From Minisyncoccota bacterium (lineage in GTDB: Bacteria > Patescibacteriota > Minisyncoccia > Phycocordibacterales > DATDWN01), in assembly GCA_041658985.1 (NCBI GenBank), contig JBAZZC010000001.1, forward strand, positions 1,813-65,812: a stretch of 64,000 nucleotides of DNA. The letters are read 5' to 3'. Each line of letters starts with the position of its first letter. The first letter of the stretch is position 1. The notes below the pieces were generated by a model. It was not told the DNA's origin. It made no database searches and saw only the letters and a list, made by a program, of their open reading frames with translations. Below are positions 38,915-49,787 of this stretch, one piece after another. The position numbers were made by a program, and so were the translations under genes.

Positions 38915-40343
38915 TTCCGTAAACAAAAATTAAAATAATAGGTGAAAAAGCTGGTAGATTTATTGAACCAAATGGAATACCTGCTCCAATATGTATCACT
39001 GTAAGTTGGTACCACAGCAAAATGTAGGTAAAAAAGGCTGGAATGTAAGATAGATAGAGAGAAACCAAGCCCACAATTCCAGTCACAAACCCAAAAAGCA
39101 TGGCTATTGGTATCGTTCCAAGAATTAAAACATTCACAGGAAGAGAAACCAGAGACAAAATACCCATATTGTAAATTAGATATGGAAGAACCGTAATTTG
39201 TGTAGCGATTGTGCCTGAAACTATTTCTCGTAATCCAAATTTTTCTGTTATCCATAACAGATATGGGGTAATGTAAGGCGAAACAAAAATCAACCCTATT
39301 GTAGCCAAGATAGAGAGTTGAAAAGATGGGTCAAATGCGAGTAGAAGTGGGTTTGGAGCAAGCATCAAAACAATTGTAAAACCAAAAACACGACTGATTT
39401 TATAATCTCTGTTCATTCTCTTAGCAAACAAGGCAACCAAAACCATAATCGCTGCTCGCCAGGCTGATGCTCCCCCACCAGAAAGAATTGTAAACAAAAT
39501 AATACCAACAACACCAAAACTGAAAGATAAATTTTTAGGCAAGAATTTGAAAAAGGCCATTATGCTCCCAGCAATAATAGCAATATTGTAGCCAGAGAGA
39601 ACAACAATATGAGAAACTCCTGTTTTTTGAAATTCTGAAAGTAATTCTTTGCCTAATGATTGCTTTGTTCCAAGTAAAAGTCCCGCCAAAAGACTTGATT
39701 GCGGTTCTGGTAAAACCCCGTTGATTGAATCAGTAAAAACTTTCTTTGTGCTAAATAATAAATTTTTTATGACACTACCGTGCCCACTTGATACCAGATT
39801 TATTGTTGTGTAATTACTCGTATACCAAATTCCCCTAACTCTTAAATATCCCCTGTAATCAAACATTCGACCATCTGTTTCAATTTCTCCAGGTTCTTTC
39901 AGGGTAACTTTCATTTTTACCCTATCTCCATATTTGTATTCTGGATAGATTGGAACTGTAACTAATATCTTTTCTTTCACTGCAACAGTGGTCGTCCCAA
40001 TATATATGTTACGCAAACTTACAGTTAATTTTGTATTATTTTCTCTAACGTCTGGCTCGTTTACTATTATTCCCTCGACAGAAATTTTTTGGTCAGCGTA
40101 TCTATCTAGTTGTGACTCTTTATACAAGTTTGAGACATACATTCTTCCTACACCAAACAAAATACCAACCATGGCTACCACAATAAAGGTTAAAACTATG
40201 CGGTACTCCTGTGCAATAAAATATTTATATACAAAAAAAATCACTGTGACAAAAACTAAAGCAATAAAAAACCCGACACCAATCGGAACAAATGACCCTA
40301 TTGCAATCCCACTGATGAAACCAAAAACAAAAGACAAAATCAT
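38859..40343 (-). CDS. comEC: ComEC/Rec2 competence channel
   Basis: GVSHIVVLSGYN, SFQLS; overlaps the convergent sod 3' end. Confidence 0.92.
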   Translation of the reverse strand: MILSFVFGFISGIAIGSFVPIGVGFFIALVFVTVIFFVYKYFIAQEYRIVLTFIVVAMVGILFGVGRMYVSNLYKESQLDRYADQKISVEGIIVNEPDVRENNTKLTVSLRNIYIGTTTVAVKEKILVTVPIYPEYKYGDRVKMKVTLKEPGEIETDGRMFDYRGYLRVRGIWYTSNYTTINLVSSGHGSVIKNLLFSTKKVFTDSINGVLPEPQSSLLAGLLLGTKQSLGKELLSEFQKTGVSHIVVLSGYNIAIIAGSIMAFFKFLPKNLSFSFGVVGIILFTILSGGGASAWRAAIMVLVALFAKRMNRDYKISRVFGFTIVLMLAPNPLLLAFDPSFQLSILATIGLIFVSPYITPYLLWITEKFGLREIVSGTIATQITVLPYLIYNMGILSLVSLPVNVLILGTIPIAMLFGFVTGIVGLVSLYLSYIPAFFTYILLWYQLTVIHIGAGIPFGSINLPAFSPIILIFVYGIIFLGLYFLKNFSQHSAN

Positions 40344-40344
40344 A

Positions 40345-41016
40345 TCATTCCGTAAATTCTTTTATGATTTCTTCCTCATTTTCGGGAGAAATACTTTTTT
40401 TATATTTTGCATTAACACCATGAACTCTCTTTTTGCATTCTTCCCAAGTCTTGTGAACTTCCACAACACCATCAACCATACTTATATAGGAATAGGCACG
40501 ACTTTTTGATTTTGACTTCTTCGAAGTTTTTGTTTCTTTAATTGAAACATCAACTCCATACCTTTGGCGCGAACCACTGTATAGCACGACAGGAACCCTA
40601 TCAGCAAAAGACGTGGCAATCACATCACATCTTTCATTTCCAGCTGTTCCACTGTGACCTTTTATAAGTTTCCAATCAATTATTTTGTGTTTTCTAGCAT
40701 CATCAAGCCTCTTCCACAAGTCTTTATTCAAAACATCTTCCTTTTTTGATGTTTTCCATTTATTTTTATTCCAACCAATAACCCAGCGAGTGATTCCGTT
40801 TACAACATAGGCAGAATCAGTATATATAGTCATTTCCCTCTCTTGTAAAACAGAATCTAGAGCAGAAATAACTGCCAGAAGTTCCATACGATTGTTTGTA
40901 GTGTGGTCTTCTCTTCCACCAAGCTCAATTGCCTTATCATCTGTTAGAATAACAACCCCCCATCCACCAGGACCAGGGTTTCCTCTTGCCGAACCATCTG
41001 TAAAAATTGTAACCAT
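40345..41016 (-). CDS. rnhA: Ribonuclease HI with C-terminal hybrid-binding-like domain
   Basis: FTDGS..GNPGPGG, TTNNRMEL, GNERCD; C-terminal TWEECKKRV. Confidence 0.93.
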   Translation of the reverse strand: MVTIFTDGSARGNPGPGGWGVVILTDDKAIELGGREDHTTNNRMELLAVISALDSVLQEREMTIYTDSAYVVNGITRWVIGWNKNKWKTSKKEDVLNKDLWKRLDDARKHKIIDWKLIKGHSGTAGNERCDVIATSFADRVPVVLYSGSRQRYGVDVSIKETKTSKKSKSKSRAYSYISMVDGVVEVHKTWEECKKRVHGVNAKYKKSISPENEEEIIKEFTE

Positions 41017-41030
41017 TAAACAAGTATAAC

Positions 41031-41152
41031 AAAATCTCGTTGTAGTCGTACATTGAAGAGAGACTAGTGAGGCTGTCGAGCCGAACTCAAGCAAAATTCT
41101 AGCAAGAATTTATGCGTGTCTCTCAGAAATGTACGACGAAAAAAGAGATTTT
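41031..41152. repeat. Family C structured element, copy 1 (just after recJ stop)
   Basis: Reverse complement of 49523-49642 with shared GAGAGACTAGTGAG and AACTCAAGCAAAATT cores. Confidence 0.85.
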
Positions 41153-41155
41153 TTA

Positions 41156-42922
41156 TCAAAAAATATCCACAATCCTCAGTCTTAATTCAGGAAAGTTGCG
41201 GAATGTTGATTTTTCCAATGTTGCGACAAGATTTATATTACTTCCCACTTTGATGGGTACTGGAAATTTATCTCCATTTGAGAAAAACGCAATCGCAGTT
41301 ACATCTGAATTTTTTCCGCTAGAGGCGGATCCGCCTCTGGCGGAAAATTTTAGTTCTAAATGATTTTGTTCTTTGCCAAAAAGTTTCATTCCGACTACTG
41401 TAATATTTTCAAAAAGAAAAAGTGGTTTTGGATTGTTTAGCCCAAAAGGTGCAAATTTTTCCACAGAACTATATGTATCCCAATCCACATCATTGAGAGA
41501 AAGTTTTTTATCTATTAACGTATCCTCAGTTATTTTGTGTTCTTTTGTTAATTCTAAAAATGCTTCATTCAACCTACTCTCCAGTATATGAATATTTTCC
41601 TGTGCCACAGAAAAGCCCCCAGCTCCTTTGTGTCCTCCGTAGTCCACAAAAACATCTTTGGCTTTTTCCATGAGCGCCACAACATCTGTGTCTCCTCCAG
41701 CACGACAGGAACCTTTTATAATTGCGCTTCCGTTACTTCCTTCTCTCCCCCAAAAGAAAACCGGACGATTGTGCTCATCAGAGAAACTGTTTGCAACAAG
41801 TCCTAGAAGAGACGGTTTCCACTCTGGATTTCCAAAAACCAAAACGTGTTTTCCGCCCAAGGCGGATCCGCCTTGGGCGGACATGTCACCAAATCTTTCA
41901 TCAATTCTTTTTTTTATTTCTTTTATCATACTTCCCACCACACCCTTTCTCTCATCATTTTTATTATTCAAATGCTGTGCCAATACTCCCGCTTCCACTT
42001 CATCGATTGTAGATAATAAAGTAAATGCATCTTTGGGAATTCCCATTCGTGAGGCAGCGTTGATTCGTGGAGTAATCATAAAAGCAACATCATCTTCCGT
42101 TGCTGTGTTTTGGTTTATCCTAAGTAGAGAAAATAATTTCTGGAGTCCTGCCCGTGGACTTTTTTGTAAAACCTTCATCCCATAATAAGAAAAAATCCTA
42201 TTCTCACCTAAAAGCGGAACCATATCAGAAAGTGTGGCCAGTCCAACCATATCGAGCATCCACTTTTCTTGACCATCCTTCCATTCAAACTTTCTAGATT
42301 TAATTAGAGCTTGAATGACTTTAAATATCACCCCAGCACCACAAAGCATTTTTTCTGGATACTGACACCCCTTTTGTTTTGGGTTTATTATGGCGAATGC
42401 TTTTGGTAATTTTTTTCCTGGTATGTGATGGTCGGTAATAATTACGTCAATCCCGTGTTTCTCCGCGGTCTCTACTTGTTCAACGTCTGTAATTCCACAA
42501 TCAATTGTGATGAGCAATTTCACACCTCCCTCCGCCAACAAGTCAATTGCTTCGTGATTAAGTCCGAATCCCTCCTCATTACGAAGCGGAATATAATTTA
42601 CAAAATTGTTGTAGTTAATTTTTTTAAAAAAATCGTGCAAGATAACTGCCCCGGGAATACCATCTGCATCATAGTCACTATATATTCCAATTTTTTCATT
42701 ATTCTTGATGGCTTTCAGAATTCTTTCCACCACCTTTTTCATATCTTTTAGTAGATAGGGGTCATGAACATGTTTATCGTAATCTGGGCTGAGGAACTGC
42801 TGTGAAGCTTCTACATCACTAATTCCCCTTGCATATAATAGAGCTCTAACGAGAGGGTGATAGATTTTTAATCTTTCATCTATGTCTTGTGGAATCGGGT
42901 CTCGTAGAGCATATTTTTTCAT
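41156..42922 (-). CDS. recJ: ssDNA exonuclease RecJ with two in-frame palindromic insertions
   Basis: DYDADG, TDHH, PRINAASR, GGH; inserts SAQGGSALGG and SARGGSASSG. Confidence 0.95.
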   Translation of the reverse strand: MKKYALRDPIPQDIDERLKIYHPLVRALLYARGISDVEASQQFLSPDYDKHVHDPYLLKDMKKVVERILKAIKNNEKIGIYSDYDADGIPGAVILHDFFKKINYNNFVNYIPLRNEEGFGLNHEAIDLLAEGGVKLLITIDCGITDVEQVETAEKHGIDVIITDHHIPGKKLPKAFAIINPKQKGCQYPEKMLCGAGVIFKVIQALIKSRKFEWKDGQEKWMLDMVGLATLSDMVPLLGENRIFSYYGMKVLQKSPRAGLQKLFSLLRINQNTATEDDVAFMITPRINAASRMGIPKDAFTLLSTIDEVEAGVLAQHLNNKNDERKGVVGSMIKEIKKRIDERFGDMSAQGGSALGGKHVLVFGNPEWKPSLLGLVANSFSDEHNRPVFFWGREGSNGSAIIKGSCRAGGDTDVVALMEKAKDVFVDYGGHKGAGGFSVAQENIHILESRLNEAFLELTKEHKITEDTLIDKKLSLNDVDWDTYSSVEKFAPFGLNNPKPLFLFENITVVGMKLFGKEQNHLELKFSARGGSASSGKNSDVTAIAFFSNGDKFPVPIKVGSNINLVATLEKSTFRNFPELRLRIVDIF

Positions 42923-43031
42923 TTAACTAGTGTAACACAGCTAGACATAGCGTGAATAACAAAACAAATGTGGTAAAAATAAAAGCACACGGAGGCGTTG
43001 CCTCCAAAGTTGTTTGTGTTATACTTATGAC

Positions 43032-43667
43032 ATGGCCTTACGAAAACAAAATTTTGTTCCCGGGGAATTCTATCACCTATACAACCGCGGCACCGACAAA
43101 AGAATTATTTTTGCAGATAAAAAAGATTATGAACATTTTTTATTTTTGATGCACATCTGCAATACCACCAAGAATATAGAGTCAAGAAATATTAATGAAA
43201 CCTTTAATCGTGAAGAAACTCTTGTTGACATAGGAGCATACTGCCTCATGCCAAATCATTTTCATTTTTTAGTATACGAAAAAACAGAAGGTGGGGTTTC
43301 TAAATATATGCTTAAACTAATGACCGGATATTCAATGTACTTTAATAAAAAATACGAGCGCACAGGAAAATTATATGAGGGGGTATTCAAATCAATTCAT
43401 ACACAAAACGACAACTATTTAAAATATCTATATTCATATATTCATTTAAATCCCGCCAAATTAATTGATAAGGATTGGAAAACGAGCAAGAATAGAAATG
43501 TTGTAAACTTATTAAAATATGTTTTTGATTATAAATATTCAAGTTTACAAGAATATGTGGGTTTAAAATTTAAAATTATAAATCCAATACCATTCCCTAC
43601 TTATTTCAAAGAACCCGATGACCACAAAAAAGAGCTTTTTGAATGGCTCAGTCTCAAAGAAGATTAG
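43032..43667 (+). mobile_element. REP-associated tyrosine (HUH, Y1) transposase, RAYT-like
   Basis: YHLYNRG, YCLMPNHFHFL, YIHLNP, YKYSS; flanked by ACGGAGGCGTTGCCTC hairpins at 42989 and 43673. Confidence 0.88.
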
Positions 43668-43731
43668 CTGATACGGAGGCGTTGCCTCTGTATTGCCTCT
43701 GTAATTTAAAATTTGTGTTAAAATAATAAAT

Positions 43732-44100
43732 GTGGAAAACTGTATATTTTGCAAAATAGTTAAAGGAGAAATTCCTTCACATAAAGTTTATGAGGATGAA
43801 AATTTCTTGGCTTTTTTAAGTATTGAACCGGAATCACCAGGACACACCCTGGTAATTCCAAAAGAACATTATAGATGGGTTTGGGGTGTGCCAAATGTCG
43901 GAGAATATTTTGAAGTAGCTAAAAAAATTGCACTTGCCCAACAAAAAGCATTTGATACCGACTGGATACTTTCAAAAATAGTTGGTGAAGAAATCCCCCA
44001 CGCTCACATTTGGGTCTTTCCAAATGATAAAGTCAAAGGGGATAAAAAAGATTTTGAAACAAACGCCAAAAAAATTATAGAGAATCTACAAGTTTTATAA
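43732..44100 (+). CDS. HIT family protein
   Basis: CIFCKI, GHTLVIPK, PHAHIW. Confidence 0.9.
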   Translation: MENCIFCKIVKGEIPSHKVYEDENFLAFLSIEPESPGHTLVIPKEHYRWVWGVPNVGEYFEVAKKIALAQQKAFDTDWILSKIVGEEIPHAHIWVFPNDKVKGDKKDFETNAKKIIENLQVL

Positions 44101-44845
44101 TCTCAATAAAATCTTTTACTCGCAAGCTCTCTCGCCCAACCAGAAGTCCTGCAACATTTCCATCACGGACCAAAACATCGGCATTTACCCTGTCTGCATC
44201 ACCACCATATATTATTTTTACACCTTCAGAAAAAGCCCCACACAAATCTTTTAAAACTTTTTTGATAAAAATAGACATCTCGTGGAGCTCTCCAGGACTA
44301 ACTGGCTCTGGACCACCAACGGCCCATAATGGCTCGTAAGCAATGACCACTTGGTCCAATTGTTTTTTAGAAACATCTTTTAGGCTAGAGACAATTTGCT
44401 GTTTTATAAAATTATAGAAATCACCGTTTGCATCTCGGCTACTTTCTCCAACACAAATTATTGCAGTCATTCCCCCGCCAATTACAGCCCTAACTTTTTT
44501 ATTTATAAGCTCATCACTCTCCCCTCCGCCAGTTGGCGGATATCTTCTTTCTGAGTGACCAACAATTACATAATCAACTTTAAATTGGGTAAGCTCGGCA
44601 AAACTAACTTCACCAGTGAAAGAACCAAGTGCTTCATAATTTGCATTTTGTGCACCAAGAGAAAGTGAACCAGCCATCAAATTAGATATAGAAGAAAGAA
44701 AAACAAAAGGTGGACAAAGAACGACCGTGGTATTTTTTACACCACGCATTGCTCTTTTTACATTTACCGCTATTTTCTTTGCTTCTTCTAAACTTTGTGG
44801 ATTCATTTTCCAATTTCCCACCACAAGTCTTTTTGGTTTTTTCAT
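44075..44845 (-). CDS. tpiA: Triosephosphate isomerase
   Basis: VGNWKMN, GHSERR, AYEPLWA, YGG; in-frame insert YPPTGG. Confidence 0.95.
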   Translation of the reverse strand: MKKPKRLVVGNWKMNPQSLEEAKKIAVNVKRAMRGVKNTTVVLCPPFVFLSSISNLMAGSLSLGAQNANYEALGSFTGEVSFAELTQFKVDYVIVGHSERRYPPTGGGESDELINKKVRAVIGGGMTAIICVGESSRDANGDFYNFIKQQIVSSLKDVSKKQLDQVVIAYEPLWAVGGPEPVSPGELHEMSIFIKKVLKDLCGAFSEGVKIIYGGDADRVNADVLVRDGNVAGLLVGRESLRVKDFIEIIKLVDSL

Positions 44846-44886
44846 AGTTGCTATTTTAACACAAAATCAAATTCTGGGGATTTTTA

Positions 44887-45007
44887 GGACTTTTAGATTT
44901 GGATGCAATTCGCGAAAGATGAGAAAAATGATTTGAGCTTGCCTGAGTGCGCAAGTGAAAATCATTTTTTGAAATCTGACAAAGAAGTGCGCCAAATATA
45001 AAAGTCC
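44887..45007. repeat. Family B element, copy 8 (abuts stop of PilX-like gene)
   Basis: GGACTTTTAGATTTGGATGC ... GAGCTTGC-CTGAGTGC-GCAAGTGA ... GCGCCAAATATAAAAGTCC. Confidence 0.9.
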
Positions 45008-46800
45008 TATTCTACTTCCTCCCAAGAAGAGATTGACCACCCTCCACTAGGCCCACTTGAAAAATTCACGTCAGCTAAGCCACTTTCGTAATTTATAATA
45101 GCTCCACCAGAAGCTTTTATAAGATATGCCGTAGCGGCCTTCACACCAGAACCACCATTTAAGGTCATCGTTCCTCTTTGGGCACTTAAAATGACAGCCC
45201 CAGCACCTCCAGAGAGAGTCAGTGCATCAACCCCACCACAAGATGAGTCGATTGGACAATTGCTTGTGGTAAGAACCATTAAATAACTCCCAGCTTGACC
45301 CGAACCAGATAAATTTCCTCCACCCGCTAGAGATACTATATTATCAGAGAGAAGCACTCCACTTTTTGTTCCATATGATGCGGCAAGTTTTATTTTTCCT
45401 CCCCCACTTAAAGTAATAGTGCCTTGAACCCAGATTGTTCCTGAGAGGGTAAGAGTTCCACCACCATTTACAACAAGATTACCTGTGATTTTTGTCGGCC
45501 CCACTGTCGCTCCTGCCCAACCAACAGTATAGTTACCAGTTATCGTTCCACCAGCGGAGGCCTCACTTTTCCAGTCCGCTATGTTGCTGTCAGAGATTGG
45601 GTAACCGGTAGGTGATGGGTCTGGCCTTGATGTGTCGCATGATTTGTTGTTGTCATCTCCAGTCTGGCAATAAAGATTACCCGCGACTTGTGCACCAGTT
45701 ACATTGTGGGCGTAAGCATCACCAACACCACCACTACCAATAACCACTGCACCAACATAAGTTCCACCACCGATAGTTGAGGTTAATCCACCCAAATAAA
45801 TCCGAAAGTATCCATCTAGTCCAACTGGGTTGGTATTGTTCCAGGTTCCAGCATATTTTCCTAGTTTTGCTGAACCGTTGGTGTATGATGAATTTCCTCC
45901 AATGGTGTAATAGTTGGTGGAACTTTGGGTGCTATTGTCTAACACTAACCAATAGGTCGTCCCAGGAATAAGTTCTGGATTATCGGGAAACACAACATCA
46001 ACCCAACCATAGTTTATAGACACGAGTGATGCCGAAAGCGTTCCTTGTGTTGTAAATAAATTAGTTGTACTTGGATTTCCAGAAGAATTGGTAACCATTC
46101 TCACTGTAATATCTGATGGGCTACCTGTCTTTTTTATATAAAGACTGACTTTGTTTATTGGGCCCTGATTTGTAACTTGAAAACTCTGGGCTAAATCTTG
46201 GGTGGTTGATGTATCTCTAAATTTAATATTATTTGTTGGTGGTGTTGGAGTATCGTTTAATTGGTCTGAACTTAATGCAGAACTATTTGCCGCAATGGCC
46301 GAACCAGTAATAGTTACACCATTTGTGGCAATAATATCTCCATTCGAATACACATTGCCGTTTACCCTAGACCCACCACTTAAATTAAAACCACCGGTTC
46401 CAGTTTGAATACCATAATTGAAGGCTGTGCCAACCCCAGTTGTTACACTCGATTGCATCTTCCTGATTATTCCAGCTCTATCAGAGACAGCATTAATAGT
46501 CTTTCCTTCTGATGTGGAGATAACATTAATCGTCGCCGTATAACCGTTTAGAACAACAGTGTCCCCGGAACTAACTGTTTTCCCAGTTTTTAGACGATAC
46601 ACAGCATCTTCGAGCGCTCCTTCAGCTAAATAATAACTTTCTTTTGAAAAAACCACCTCCTTCGAAATAGTAGCTTGTTTTAAAATTGGGCTAATAATTC
46701 CAAACACAATAGTCATAGACGTAAACAAGAAAAATATCACTGCGATAAGCATTGCTGCACCTTTATTATATTTATTTTTTTTGTCTTTTTTATTACTCAT
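45007..46800 (-). CDS. PilX-like minor pilin with large Gly/Ser/Thr-rich extracellular domain
   Basis: KGAAML, SYYLAEGALEDA N-terminus. Confidence 0.8.
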   Translation of the reverse strand: MSNKKDKKNKYNKGAAMLIAVIFFLFTSMTIVFGIISPILKQATISKEVVFSKESYYLAEGALEDAVYRLKTGKTVSSGDTVVLNGYTATINVISTSEGKTINAVSDRAGIIRKMQSSVTTGVGTAFNYGIQTGTGGFNLSGGSRVNGNVYSNGDIIATNGVTITGSAIAANSSALSSDQLNDTPTPPTNNIKFRDTSTTQDLAQSFQVTNQGPINKVSLYIKKTGSPSDITVRMVTNSSGNPSTTNLFTTQGTLSASLVSINYGWVDVVFPDNPELIPGTTYWLVLDNSTQSSTNYYTIGGNSSYTNGSAKLGKYAGTWNNTNPVGLDGYFRIYLGGLTSTIGGGTYVGAVVIGSGGVGDAYAHNVTGAQVAGNLYCQTGDDNNKSCDTSRPDPSPTGYPISDSNIADWKSEASAGGTITGNYTVGWAGATVGPTKITGNLVVNGGGTLTLSGTIWVQGTITLSGGGKIKLAASYGTKSGVLLSDNIVSLAGGGNLSGSGQAGSYLMVLTTSNCPIDSSCGGVDALTLSGGAGAVILSAQRGTMTLNGGSGVKAATAYLIKASGGAIINYESGLADVNFSSGPSGGWSISSWEEVE

Positions 46801-46804
46801 GTTC

Positions 46805-47320
46805 TTAGACTGCCCTTAAAACAACTGTCGAGTGGTAAGTTCTTGTTTCAGTCACAGTTCCAGCTGTTCCAGAAACAGTCATATCAATTTTAATTGCCGT
46901 AGAGATACCGCTCTCCAGTTTTGTAAAAACGAGACTGTTGATGACAGAATCAGAGGCAGATAATGGACCAAAATAACTTCCGTTAACATCAAGCCTTATT
47001 ACTCCATTTTGAAAATAAAATTTTTCTGTTGTAGAAACACCATCAACGGTAGAGATAATTACCAACACCCCCAAGTTTGTGCCAAAAACGCTGTTTATGG
47101 AATCAACTTGATTTGCTGACCTTATATCTCGGGTGAGTCTCTCCATAACATCTACTGCCGAATGGTCTACTTTGCGTAAGGCGACAACATTTCTGTAGCT
47201 TCTAGTAAAAGATAGGGTTGTATTTATCATGAGAAGAGAGACAACAGACAAAATAGCTAAATAAATAATCATCTCTACCAAAGAATATCCAGATTTTTTT
47301 GTTTCCTTGTGTCTTATCAT
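46805..47320 (-). CDS. Type IV prepilin-like protein
   Basis: GYSLVEMII motif. Confidence 0.88.
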   Translation of the reverse strand: MIRHKETKKSGYSLVEMIIYLAILSVVSLLMINTTLSFTRSYRNVVALRKVDHSAVDVMERLTRDIRSANQVDSINSVFGTNLGVLVIISTVDGVSTTEKFYFQNGVIRLDVNGSYFGPLSASDSVINSLVFTKLESGISTAIKIDMTVSGTAGTVTETRTYHSTVVLRAV

Positions 47321-47782
47321 TTAATTGTAGAGATTTGTTATATAAGTTGATATTGCTCTGGTTGTTGTACCATGCCCCTGCCAATATTCAACGGTTGTTG
47401 TTATCTTTTTTGTGTTTGGATCATATGTGCCACTTGCTGAAATCTCATCCCCAGCATCTCGTTTAACATCAGTAATATTTATTTTTCTCAAAAAAATATT
47501 ATCAATGTACTGAGGCGTGGTCGTAGTAGCCCAATCATTACTAAAAGATAAATAATATGTAGTCGAGGTTGATAAGGCGGAAATGTTTGTCCAACTTTTG
47601 TCACGAAAATAAGTCATTATCTCAAGTCCCTCCTCTAAAATATAGCTGGCACTGACATTTTGTTGGTTAGCAAAAGCATATTGGACATAGGTACTAAATA
47701 CCGAGCTGACAGCAAGAATGCCAACTGAAATTATGGCTGAACCAATTAATATCTCCACTAATGCCATCCCTTTGTTATTCAT
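47321..47782 (-). CDS. Type IV prepilin-like protein (PilV-like)
   Basis: GMALVEIL motif. Confidence 0.85.
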   Translation of the reverse strand: MNNKGMALVEILIGSAIISVGILAVSSVFSTYVQYAFANQQNVSASYILEEGLEIMTYFRDKSWTNISALSTSTTYYLSFSNDWATTTTPQYIDNIFLRKINITDVKRDAGDEISASGTYDPNTKKITTTVEYWQGHGTTTRAISTYITNLYN

Positions 47783-47783
47783 T

Positions 47784-48248
47784 TTATTGATATTCCATTA
47801 AACCCGTTTTATATATTGTAACAGTTTTCGATTTTGATATCCCAGGAGAAGACACAACCACCGTGCCATAGTTAACGGTCTCACCTGTTAGACGATCAAA
47901 AACCACATCACTTCCACTTGGCGTAAGACTAATCGTCAAAATTGTGTCCGTAGAACTCAAAATAAAATCTTGGTTGGTTGGACTACCCGCAATGTAACTA
48001 GTCCCAACGAACAAGGTAACCTTAGTCGAAGAAAAGTGAACACCATAACTAGAGGAGTTTTTTGATGTCAGAGTTTGATTGCGTGCCTGTCTTAAAACTT
48101 CAACGACAGTGTCTGTATCCATATTAAGTGCCTGGTTTGTTTTAAAAGTTACAAATGTGTTAAAAATTATCATAGAGACGACTGACATAATAGCTACTAC
48201 GACAAGCAATTCGACTAAGGTAAACCCATGTTTAAATGATAATTTCAT
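47784..48248 (-). CDS. Type IV prepilin-like protein (FimT/GspH-like)
   Basis: GFTLVELL motif. Confidence 0.88.
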   Translation of the reverse strand: MKLSFKHGFTLVELLVVVAIMSVVSMIIFNTFVTFKTNQALNMDTDTVVEVLRQARNQTLTSKNSSSYGVHFSSTKVTLFVGTSYIAGSPTNQDFILSSTDTILTISLTPSGSDVVFDRLTGETVNYGTVVVSSPGISKSKTVTIYKTGLMEYQ

Positions 48249-48290
48249 TTTTTGAAAATTAAAAACCAGAAACTGAAAATCTAACTAATA

Positions 48291-49507
48291 CTATTTAATA
48301 CTGTCTCCTATTGAATATATAGGACTAATAATCGAGATAGCAAAAATTCCAACCGCCACACCTATAAAAACCATCAGCACCGGTTCAATAACCGACGACA
48401 TATCTTTGGTTTTTTGGTCTATTTCTTCTTCATAAAACAAAGCAACGTTTAAAAGCATATCCCCCGTCTTACCTGTTTCCTCACCCACTGAAACCATTTC
48501 GGAAACAAAGATTGGATAAAGGTCGTGATGTGCAGAAAAAACCGATGACATTGTCGTGCCTTTTTGAACTGAAATCTGAATTTCATTTAAAACTTCTTTG
48601 TAGTATGAATTCTGCAACACATCTTTCGTTACCCCAGAGGCCACAACAATATCTACCCCAGAGGAAAGCAATGATGATAGAGTTCTAGCTGTGCGAGCGG
48701 CATTAATCTGTCTGGTAACACCACCAATTATTGGTAACTTTAACAAAACAAAATCTAGAAATCTTTGACCTCTCTTTGTTCTAATTGCAAAAATAAAAGC
48801 CAAGACTAACAAAATAAAACCAAATAAAACAAAAATAAAGTATGAAACAAGAAAATTGCTTGTACCAATAATCATCCGTGTAGAAAAGGGAAGGTCCAAA
48901 CCCAACCCTGTAAATGTGGCGGTAAGAGTCGGCACCATATAAATCATCATGAGCACACCAATCGCTACCATTAAAACAAGGATAATAACTGGGTACATTA
49001 AAGCCCCCCTTATTTTTCTGTTTAACTGATAAGTTTTTTCCATCTGCAAAGCGACATTTTGTAAAGCAGAGGAGAGATTTCCAGATTCCTCCCCCGCTCT
49101 AACCATAGAGGTAAAAAGTGAAGAGAATACTTTTGGGTAAGCTTTCATAGAATCACTAAGTGTGGTTCCACGACTTAAGGATGCGTTAAATCGTTTAAAA
49201 CTTTTTTGAAAAGATTTTTTGCTTCTCTTTCCATTATTGAAAGAGCTCTAGTTATGGGCAACCCAGCATCTATCATTTTCGATAAATTTCTAGCAAAAAT
49301 AATTTTGTCGTGTGTTTTGATGTTATCAAGAAATGGCAAAAAATTTGAAATATTAAATGTTGATTTATTTTGTGCTTCTTCGGCAAAGACAACTGAGTTA
49401 CCGTCAGTTTTAATTAAGTGGTACAAAGCAAATTTATCTTTTGCTTCCATTGTCCCTTCAGTTTGCTTACCTTCTTTATTTACTGTTTTGTAATGAAATA
49501 GTGGCAT
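48291..49507 (-). pseudogene. pilC: Type IV pilus platform protein PilC/GspF, frameshifted near 49187
   Basis: Two ORFs join as ...LNDLNASLSRGTTLSDSMKAYP... if one A is restored; real lesion or sequencing error. Confidence 0.85.
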
Positions 49508-49522
49508 GGGTTTGAATGATTC

Positions 49523-49642
49523 AAAATCTCTTTCTCGTCATATCTCTCAGAGAGACACGCATAAATTTTTGCTAAAATTTTGCTTGAGTTCGCACCGTCG
49601 TGCTCACTAGTCTCTCTTCGAGATATGAGTCAACGAATTTTT
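49523..49642. repeat. Family C element, copy 2 (upstream of pilC)
   Basis: Inverted copy of 41031-41152. Confidence 0.85.
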
Positions 49643-49723
49643 CAAGTCATACTTTATATAATTGTATCAAAAATAAATTTTATTTACATAGAACTTGTGT
49701 ATAAAAACTTTTATAAACATAAA

Positions 49724-49754
49724 GCCCCTCACCAATTTGCCAAATTGGTGAGGG
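49724..49754 (-). terminator. Hairpin downstream of putative DGR target 1
   Basis: CCCTCACCAATTTG-C-CAAATTGGTGAGGG. Confidence 0.75.
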
Positions 49755-49787
49755 ACTAAGTGTTAGAGAGTCAAGGGGCCATGGGGA

